NCBI GenBank assembly: GCA_951406725.2 | Contig: OX597820.1 | Coordinates: 83,514,001-83,578,000, forward strand | DNA length: 64,000 nt | Source of the DNA: Octopus vulgaris | Lineage: Eukaryota | Direction: 5' to 3' | In this document: positions 54,263 through 64,000 of the stretch, piece by piece | Position numbering within the stretch: the stretch's first letter is position 1 | How the letters are laid out: each line of letters begins with the position of its first letter | Translations under genes and position numbers: made by a program | The notes under the pieces: generated by a model | What the model was told of the DNA's origin: nothing | The model's database searches: none | What the model saw: only the letters and a program-made list of their open reading frames with translations

Positions 54263-55183
54263 TCATTGTCTTTTTATCTTCTCCTTCCCTGTATTGCATA
54301 AAATGTTGGGCCTAGGTTCTTTTTTGGTGTCTTGGCTGTGTGTATCTTTTTTCTGTTTTCTTGTTGGTGGGGAGCGGGTGGGTTCACTGTCTGCAGGGGA
54401 AAGGTGGGACTCAGAGGGTGCGGGTGGTGTTGGGGTGGATTGGGGTTCCGTACTGTTTAATTTTCTCCTTCTCTTTCTTTTTTTCCTTCCTTCTTCCCAC
54501 TCTTGCTGGACCTCCTCTTCTGTTGTTACATTTTCTGTTTGGTTCTGTTCTTCTTCTTTAGTCTCTTCCTCTCTTTGGGGTTCTGTCACACTTTCCTTTG
54601 TGGGGGGAGGGCAGTTCGCTCTTATGTGGTCTCTCAGGCCACACTTATAACAGCGCGGGGCTCTGCCCTCCATCCACACTCTCATGATGATTTTTCCCAT
54701 TCTTATGCTTTTCGTTAGCCTTTCCAACGTTTCGGTCTCCGCCTGTACGTTCATATCCAGGGTAGCACCCCTCCAGCCTTCATATTTTATGGTGGCATGG
54801 AGGATGTCAACCTCTTCTTCATTTCCTTTAATTACAGCTGCTGCTATATATTCGCCTTCTAGGTGCGGGGGTGTTCCCTCCACTCTGATTCGAGTTGTTC
54901 TCCTGTTCAAATACGAGGGTAGAAGCAATACCTTATCCGTTTTTAGTGCTTTGGCTGCCATTTTTCTTGCGACGCTCTCGCTCCTAAATTGAACCGTCAC
55001 TGTACCGTATTCCATGCCTCTTGTCATATATACAATTTCTTCCTCTGTTTGCTTCAGCGCTTCTTCAATAATTTCCATGCTTACTATTTCTATTCTTTTC
55101 TTTCCATTTACGTACACTCGATTTTTCGATCCTGCGATCGAACCACTCACCACGTTTTCTTGGTGGTGACAGTTCAACATCAC
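54263..55183 (-). CDS. ORF1/gag-like nucleic-acid-binding protein with zinc knuckle (L1/Tx1-type), truncated
   Basis: 306-codon open frame with a CCHC knuckle; the C-terminal part is homologous to ORF 55695-56216. Confidence 0.7.
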   Translation of the reverse strand: MMLNCHHQENVVSGSIAGSKNRVYVNGKKRIEIVSMEIIEEALKQTEEEIVYMTRGMEYGTVTVQFRSESVARKMAAKALKTDKVLLLPSYLNRRTTRIRVEGTPPHLEGEYIAAAVIKGNEEEVDILHATIKYEGWRGATLDMNVQAETETLERLTKSIRMGKIIMRVWMEGRAPRCYKCGLRDHIRANCPPPTKESVTEPQREEETKEEEQNQTENVTTEEEVQQEWEEGRKKRKRRRKLNSTEPQSTPTPPAPSESHLSPADSEPTRSPPTRKQKKDTHSQDTKKEPRPNILCNTGKEKIKRQ

Positions 55184-55478
55184 CGTCTTTCTTTTCCATA
55201 AATTCCTGGAAGCCTGGCAGCTTGACCAAGCTTATCTCTTTTTCTCCCGACTTCTTCTTCGTATGTATTACCCATTCTCTCATCCATTTTCTTCACTACC
55301 TTTTCCAACTCCTCTTCGGAAGTCGACAATTCCGATAGACTTTCAAACAACCTTTGTCTGGCCATTCCTCCCGTTTGAGAGGGCAGTCCATTTTCTCCCT
55401 GTGTGTCTCAACACATACAGACAACAACCAAAAACCTTACACCAAAACGACAATCAAAAATCAAACAACTCACAATAA
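54263..55478 (-). mobile_element. gag-like ORF1 retroelement, copy 1 (5' end present, 3' end lost)
   Basis: ORF 54263-55183 carries CYKCGLRDHIRANC (CX2CX4HX4C) and an E/K/P-rich tail. The N-terminus is probably spread over frameshifted ORFs 55180-55365 and 55065-55283; a GT-rich 5' UTR runs to about 55478. Confidence 0.8.
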
Positions 55479-55529
55479 ACAGTTTACTGAAGTATCGATG
55501 AATAAGTGACAGCATCAGATAGGCGTTTG

Positions 55530-56220
55530 TTTTTCTTTATTACCCACTAGGGGCTACACAGAGGGGACGCTACTCACATTGGGGACATGGAACATCACGA
55601 TTACATAGAAATAAAAAATGAATTATGAAAATGATATTATGAAAGTGATGCTAACGGCCCCATCCGCTAGCATCACTTACCTGTCATTTAGTTATTAATC
55701 CCACACAAATGCTCCTTGTTCAGTTCCTATACAAAATCCATCAATCTCCATCCTTCTCTCAAACGTCTCTTCCAAATCCCTCATAGTTTTTTCGACCATT
55801 CTCACTTCACTTACTTCCCAATCCTCCCTTTCACACATTACCATAAACTCGTCCATTCGTTCTTTACCAATTACTGCATACCTGATCGGTCCTCTGTCAC
55901 ACCACTGATATTCTTCTATTGTCTTTTTAATCTTTTCTTTTCCCGTCATACATACAATGTTGGACCTGGGTTCATTTTTTATATCTTGGTTGTGTATGTC
56001 CTTTCTTTTCTGTTTTCTTGTTGGAGGGGAGCGGGTGCGTTCACTGTCTGCCGGGAGAGGGTGCGAATCAGAGGGTGTGGGTGGTGTTGGGGTGGATTGG
56101 TATTCCGTGTTGTTTGCTTTTCCTCTTATTCTTCTCTTCCTCTTTTTCCTGGCTTCTCCCCATTCTTTTGAAACCTCTTCTTCTTCTGTTGTCTCTTTCT
56201 CTTCTGGTTTCTGCAAACCA
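55530..56220 (-). mobile_element. gag-like ORF1 retroelement, copy 2 (5'-truncated, 3' end present, no ORF2)
   Basis: ORF 55695-56216 shares STPTPP.PS.SH..PADSE.TRSPPTRKQK with copy 1, stops at 55695 and reaches an AATAAAGAAAA-type end about 165 bp later. Confidence 0.8.
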
Positions 56221-56626
56221 GGTCAGGATTAATGATATATATAGAATGCTACATTTGATGAATTTAAGAAGGATGGGATGGAATACATAAGTCAGCATAC
56301 AATGACATCTATTGTTTTGATACTCTAAAAGGAGTGCTGAAAGTTTTAGTTTCTCGTGCAGTAGTCATTAATCTCAATGGCGGACACATTCCTTGTCCGT
56401 GGACAATGGTTAAACACAGTATTTATCACAGGTTATCAATACAAGTAGCTTGTGGTAATTCAATCTAACCCGAGCAAAAGATTGATGATAATGAGGATAT
56501 TGCCAGTGAGCTGTTTCAATGATAACCTAAAGGATAGTACTTCAATATATTAAAGCGTGTAATACAACAGTCTGCAGTGTATCTCTCTCTCTCTCTCTCT
56601 CTCTGTATATATATATATATATATAT

Positions 56627-56669
<43 letters not shown>

Positions 56670-56694
56670 GTAATATATATATATATATATACAC

Positions 56695-56726
<32 letters not shown>

Positions 56727-56742
56727 GTACAAGCCCAAAAAA

Positions 56743-57008
56743 TTGGAGCCAACAAAAAAGAGTACGGTTGGATTTTTATTTTCAATAACTGAAAGGTGCT
56801 ACGACACACCTTGATAAACTCAGTGACTACTTCTAAGTTCATACCACGACAGACAGAAGCTGAGAATTTCAACTTACGGAGACAATATTTGCATATCACC
56901 TGAGGAAGCACAACTAGAATTGATAATGTAGGGAAACGGTTGCACGATAAATTACCTGAACGCATAGAGAAATAAATGTCCAACTGTACTCTTTTTTATT
57001 GGCTCCAA
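56743..57008. mobile_element. Element bounded by 36-bp inverted repeats; probable Penelope-like inverted terminus or MITE
   Basis: 56743-56778 versus 56973-57008, 32/36 identical; an internal CTGAGGA...GAAACGGT hammerhead-core-like string lies at 56900-56940. Confidence 0.6.
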
Positions 57009-57667
57009 AGATTTTCAATTATCTATTGACACAAGACAGAAGCCCAAACGCAGGCCTTGAAGTACGTATGGGTAACAGTGGGGGAAATCTGAAGATGGAC
57101 GGGTTCATACTATAATCTACTACGTTGATAGAACACACGTGCACGAACGCTCGCACGCACGCACACACACACACACACATAGAGAAGCTCCTCTTTTATT
57201 ATCCCGGCTATAGATCATAATCCGTATTCCTGGGATTATTACAGTCAAATCTGTAGTATTGATGGATATGGGTGGATCATATTCATGTATTCGTTTCCCC
57301 AGGCGTTATGGCATTAACTTTGAAAGCACCAAATGCATAAGGAAAGATTTTTTTATCAATTTTGTATGTAGGTAGTTCTAGCTGTATTTAGTGCGTAGGA
57401 GTAGAAGGTGAATGAGAGAGAGAGAGAAATGAACGCTAATTATAAAAGATGGGGATGTGTGTGTAGTGATTTTATACTCATTCTGATATTTGAGTATGCA
57501 GATTTCAGGATGGCTAGTGTATGTTCATCAGCGTAATTTTAGTTACAATAGGTGACTCCTTAATGAATTCAGATGTAGTAGGGTCAGTTAGCACAACTAT
57601 TCTCTTGTTCATCATTTACATTATTTATATTTGTCCTCATCCTGTTTGTTGTTAACACACATGCCCA

Positions 57668-57745
57668 CGAGCATATGGCGTAGTGGTTGAGAGCACGGGC
57701 TACGAACCCCAAGACTCTGACTTTGATTCCGAGCAGTGACCTGAA
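57668..57745 (+). mobile_element. tRNA-derived SINE head followed by (AAT)n
   Basis: A-box TGGCGTAGTGG at 57676-57686; degenerate B-box (ctttgattcc). Confidence 0.65.
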
Positions 57746-57798
57746 CAATAATAATAATAATAATAATAATAATAGTAATAGTAATAGTAATAGCAGTA

Positions 57799-58515
<717 letters not shown>

Positions 58516-58558
58516 ATAATACTACTTATACTACTACTACTAATAATAATAATAATAA

Positions 58559-58589
<31 letters not shown>

Positions 58590-58640
58590 AACATCAAAAA
58601 ATACCTTATGAATAAGAACCCATGTTCGAAATTTCCTCAA

Positions 58641-58686
58641 AACACCTGATGAAGGCTGGAGGGTATATCGGCCGAAACGTTGTGTT
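58641..58686 (+). ncRNA. Minimal type-I hammerhead ribozyme motif (canonical core)
   Basis: AACAC / CUGAUGA / A / GGCUG-loop-CGGCC / GAA / ACGU palindrome / U / GUGUU; helices I and II pair fully. Confidence 0.7.
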
Positions 58687-59070
58687 AACAACAAACAAGA
58701 TGAGGACAAATATCCGTAAATAATGTAAATAATGTACATAACTCCTCATCTCTTAAATATAGAACTGTATTCTGTTGTCAATGTTCATTGTTCGGGCTGA
58801 CAAATTTTATTTTCTCAAAATATCCTTTTAATTACTTTTGGTGGTACAATAGTATAGCATATACTATACTAAAATAATGGTTATTTTGTTTAGTTGCTTA
58901 TATTTTCTTCTATTGTTCCATTATATGCTAAAGACGGTTGATGTTTTTTACTGTTTCAAAATGTCTTTTGCGAATTCTAGGAGTGGCTCCCGGTTTTTCT
59001 GTTTACATGATATTACTTCGGAATATATATCAATTATGCTTTCTGTAGATCTAATGATCACTAGGCATGA

Positions 59071-59115
<45 letters not shown>

Positions 59116-59429
59116 ACACACACGCAGACACAGACACACACAAACACACACGCACGCACACACACGTGTGCACAGACAAACAAACACACACGCGCATATG
59201 CGAGATCAACTCTGAATATGTCCTGGCACAAGTAAAGACGCATGCGTGCGAGTAATCGAATAAACGCATAAAATCTTTAGAGGGATGTTCATTAAAGAAT
59301 TCCCCTAACACACTTCCCAAGGACTGGAATAAACAAAACTTTGCACAATCACTTGTCCTTCTGCACATAGCCACCTGCACTGGCGACACACGTGTCCTAT
59401 CGTTTTATTTAGCAGTGAAGACCTCATCT

Positions 59430-60230
59430 GTAGAAGTCGGTAGGTTGCATCCGGAGACAAAACTTTACTCCGGAGAAAAGTTCATCACCCGAAAATTATA
59501 TTCCCTTCTAAAATGACTACATGGTTGGAAAAAGGTCGGGAGCGTAGGGGAATGAGGAATGATTTCATAGCCGCAGGAGTGTGCTTTCATGTGGGAAATA
59601 TGAGCATTCTGAACCGAGGCTTTGCTCTGAGGGCGTTCCGCAGTTTCTGTAGCAGAGAAGCATAATATGCCCCGTTAAATCTGCTGCCTTTTGCCAGAAA
59701 ATACATCATTACGACTCCGCGCTACTCGCAAATAACTGTGAACTATACCAGCTAAGCGTTGGACACGGACCTTCTTTGTGGGTAGTGAGTTATCATGCTT
59801 CCATTCCTTCGACTGCACTTTAGTCACAAGCTCGTAGTGATGGACCAATGTTTCGACCTGTGTGATAAGTCTGCCGAAAAAGTCCTACTCTTTTTCTTGG
59901 CACATTTTCAAAAGAGCATGGGAGCAATTGATTTGTTCCTGTTTCTGAAAAGATGTGAGCATCCGAGGAATCTATTGTACAGACAACGTCCACATGTGAA
60001 AATGACCGTAAATGATTTTTTCCACGGAGCCTATATCTTCACTTATTCAGCTATACTTATCTTCACGTTTTGCGCTAGTCCTCCAAAATAGCGGCTACCA
60101 ATTTATGAATGGTTTCGTCATCAATGGCAAAACTTGATCGTCCAGGAAGAGGAGCAGTTTCCACCGACGTTCGACCACATTTGAATTGGCGTTACCCGTG
60201 CCTAACGGCGTCGTATGAGGGTGCATCGTC
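59430..60230 (-). mobile_element. Heavily decayed mariner (DD34D-type) transposase remnant
   Basis: Minus strand FGRLITQVETLVHHYELVTKVQSKEWKHDNSLPTKKVRVQRLAG...AYYASLLQKLRNAL; the first catalytic D position reads V. Confidence 0.7.
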
Positions 60231-62280
60231 ACCGTAAAATTTCATCATATAGAAAGTCCAATTTGGTGTACGCCCTTTCATGTATTAGAACCTGATCATT
60301 GATCTGAATTCAACTGCCGCAATTATAACTACCTAGTCTACGTTGACAGCTTCACAAATTTAGAATATGATAAGTATGATTATACCTGTAAAAGTTCCGA
60401 TCCCTGCAATAACCGGAAGTTGGTCAGGGGAAATCTTTAATGGACGCCCCCGTAAGTTAGAAATGTTAATGCTATATTTGTATCCATATTGAAATTCTTA
60501 TAAGAGAGAGATGAAAATGTAAATGTAATATGGTAAACTTGGAAGATGTAAAGTAATTAGATGAAGAATATCAAGCTGTAATAGTAAACAAATTCATATT
60601 TGTATTTAATCTAGCATCGTCAATTAGATAACTTATTAAAAGTTGTTTCATTTGATATATATGTGTCTTATATAAGGTGTGTATTAGCTCAAGGGAGAAA
60701 AACATGTCAGTGTATGATGTAGAATAAATCTATGGTAATTCAAAATAAAACACATATTCATTGCAAGTAGCTGAATTAGATTTCAAAGAAAAACTAAACT
60801 TTAAGGCCCGAGAAAGTGATTAATATGATTGCTCATATTGTTATAAATTTATTTATTTAACTTAGACCAACATACATGTTAATCATTATAAATATACGCA
60901 TATATGCAGGCATTCACACACATACACACACAGACACGCATGTTAATTGCCATCGCCAGGTTGGTTTTATAATCCATAAATCATAATAGAATTATAAACG
61001 GGCGATATTTTCAACGAGGAACTAACTAGAGCACTGCAACTGGGAACGGGACTAATCATTCGAATGGGATTTAACTAAACTATTTTAATCTAAATCATCT
61101 TAGTTTATGTTAATCGATATCAGTCCCATTGTATTAAATCTAAGAAGTTATCAGAATTGTTACTAGTTATTAAATCAGATTAAATAGCTTTAATACGAAT
61201 CCATTTACATTCATTTACATTTGTTCGACATCGACCCCCTAGCATTTGGCAATATATTAATCGCTGTTGAATTTTTTACACAGGGAATTTCTTATTTCCC
61301 ATTTTTATTACTCAGGTGTAATATTCCTCTCATAAACGTACTCCCTCTTCTCTTTTAATCTACTTCTTCTCAGTTGTGTATGATTCCTTTTTCTTTTGCT
61401 GTTTGAGTAGCTTTCATTTACACCTTGCATGACACCAAGCTTAAACTTCAACACTCACCTTGCGGCTCTTAATTTAACTTAATTTGTATCACTGTTTTAC
61501 TCTCAATTCTCGTTTGTCTATATGATTAGATAAAGTGTTACTAGAGAAGGCAACCAATCAATCAACCCAAGATTATATCGGCTATAATATGATATTTGTA
61601 TGTACGGATGTATGTCCCTTCTGTAATTAATCATTTGAATTCTTCCTCTGAAGAAGGGGCTGGTTTCTAACGAAGATACAAAGCACCATCTTTGGAATGT
61701 AGAAAATTAAAATAACGTGACATTTTACACCTGAGAAACGTCTTGCATAATTTAATGTTTCACTTACAGATTGTATTTGTAATATGCGAATCGGTTGACG
61801 ATGGAAGGACAAGCTTATCCTGACTGACAATTAGGGATTTACTTGCAAAACTGAGTAGTCTAATTACATGCCATGATGCAAAGCCATTTAATATTTGTTT
61901 TAAAAAAATCGGGGGAAAATACACAGCATTTTTAGTATTTTTGTTAATACTCTACTCCTTGAAACAGACGTTTCTAATATTGAAGAAAAATGAGATTGCA
62001 GGAAAATGACATAGTATAGTTATCCCATATTAGTACCGATGAACCAAAATGAAATAGGTTGCGTAAACAAAAACACGTGATAGTAATGAACCACAAACCA
62101 CTAATAGTGCTTTATGCCTATAAATTTGTCATTAAGGAAGCAATTGCGTAGATAAATATTTCTTATATCACTTCGGTGTTTCCTGGGAAATTGTCCTCTG
62201 GAACCTAAATACACACATACATATACATCCATAGAATGTATATATATGTGAGTGTATACATAGAGATATACATACATATA

Positions 62281-62722
62281 GGCGCAGGAGTGGCTGTGTG
62301 GTAAGTAGTTTGCAACAAACCACATGGTTCCGGGTTCAGTCCCACTGCGTGGCCTCGTGAGCAGGTGTCATCTGCTATAGCTCCGGACCGACCAATGCCT
62401 TGTGAGTGGATTTGGTAGACGGAAACTGAAAGAAGCCTGTCGTATATATGTATGTATATATATATATATATATATACATACTACATGTGTGTGTATGTGT
62501 GTGTGTGTGTGTGTGTTTGTGTGTCTTTGTTTGCCCCCCTAGCATTGCTTGACAACCGATGCTGATGTGTTTACGTCCCCGTTACTTAGCGGTTAGGCAA
62601 AAGAGACGGATAGAATAAGTACTGGGCTTACAAAGAAAAAGTCTCGGTGTCGATTTGCTCGACTGAAGGCGGTGCTCCAGCAAGGCCGCAGTCAAATGAG
62701 TGAAACAAGTAAAGAAAGAGTA
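62281..62722 (+). mobile_element. Full-length SINE family C
   Basis: Same architecture as 26463-26870; B-box ggttcagtcc. Confidence 0.9.
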
Positions 62723-64000
62723 CATGCATTTTTATATGCATATATATGTATACATACACACACACAAACACACACTTATATAATAACCGAAAGTCCGTCT
62801 GCGCGTGTGTTAATACCTATCTATGTATGAAATGTAGTTGATTCTATTTTGTACATGATTGTCATTCAATGTTACTTTAATATTATTCGTTTTGTGGGGT
62901 AGGATGTAAAAAACAGACGAAATATAACCTTCTCTTTGATATCAAAACACAAAAATGTCACTACTAGTTCTGTTTACTTCTTACGCCTATATATGTAATA
63001 TAATTCTTTTTTCAACATTTTCTAGATATTTCTGTATATATAAAAAAAAACTGGATTTGAATCCATATAATTCCATGTCTTTTTTACGAAGAAATGTAGA
63101 TAGTAGGTGTCAGGTATATTGTTTCAAATACAAAGATCTTACAAAAGAGTTTTTAATAGCATTTTTTCCTGAAAATAATCTGGTAAAGCATACAATTTTC
63201 TACGTCTGAATATGATGCAGTGTTTTTGTAAATAATCGTGGTTGCTTATGTTGTACTTCATTTAGTACGCCTTCTTTCCGTATGGCATTTTGTATTTGAT
63301 GCTTTATACTTAATTTTTTTGGGTTTTTTTTCCTTTATTGCTCTTTCTTTCACATTTCTGTATGTTTCATTGTGATATTATCTGTTTCTCTTTTCCTTTT
63401 ACTCAGGTTTTCTTTCACAGTTATATATTTCCGTTTTCTTTTCTGCATGAATAGTGTACGTTATCTTTGTTTCTTGTTGACAATTTATTGCATTTCTTGC
63501 ACATACTAGCCCAGGCTTTCGATGTATAGTACTTTAACTAACAGGCATCATCATTTTCTCTTTTCTGACAACACTTCAAAATACATGTGTTTCATAATTC
63601 GTGTACAAATAACTCTCATACTTACGAAAGAAATATAGAAGTGATTTTAAACGTTGTGATACAAATGACTTTTTCAAGGAGAAAAAGCAACTCACGTGAA
63701 GTTTGGAAACAATTTGAATTTTATCAATCGTTTTTGTTGCTGCTTCTACAGTGTTCAGCCATCAGGTAAGTCGAGATCAGACTGACCTATGAGCAAAATA
63801 TGAAAAGCAAGGTACTCCCCAAAGTTTCATGTAAGTTAAAAACAAATCGCATTATTGTAAGTAATAATTTAGAACACAGAGAAAATCTCTAAGAATTTAC
63901 GTAAAATTGTTGAAATTTCAGGTGTGCACGATTTACATTCTGGCGTAATTGTGGATTAAATATTATGCAAAACTGCATCATTTCTAGATTATTCATCTCC

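Noticed and set aside
57668-57745. tRNA gene (also the heads at 2155, 26463 and 62281)
   Set aside because: A/B boxes are present but I could not form a complete cloverleaf, and the heads continue into repeat bodies, so they are SINE heads.

Overview
This is a repeat-dominated, non-genic eukaryotic window. It is very AT-rich and dense in (TA)n, (CA)n, (AAT)n, (TAC)n and (GATA)n tracts. The SINE/LINE complement looks like a cephalopod (Octopus-type) genome; that assignment is my inference from recalled repeat families. I found no convincing host protein-coding exon, tRNA, rRNA or CRISPR array. Supported content: tRNA-derived SINEs of at least 3 families (one nested, one internally deleted); two 5'-truncated CR1-type LINEs with 8-bp tandem tails; remnants of restriction-like-endonuclease (R4/Dong-type) LINEs beside trinucleotide tracts; two copies of an ORF1(gag, CCHC)-only retroelement; four decayed Tc1/mariner elements (DD34D-type twice, DD37D/maT, DD40-41D); MITE-like elements; a 4.6-kb array of an ~857-bp unit; and a 332-bp triplication. 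The most interesting signal is a set of non-coding elements with minimal type-I hammerhead-ribozyme (HHR) folds of the kind known from Penelope-like elements and retrozymes, each family with a different core. These are canonical CUGAUGA (58641-58686), a G3:C8-swapped GUGAACA core (37603-37652, 37520-37569, 15027-15075; helix II differs between copies while keeping its pairing) and a CCGACGA core (35999-36048, 36523-36572). Several sit at fold-back junctions, including a 297-bp near-perfect palindrome, and one may be the 3' part of a tRNA-headed SINE. All folds were made by eye and none is shown to be active.
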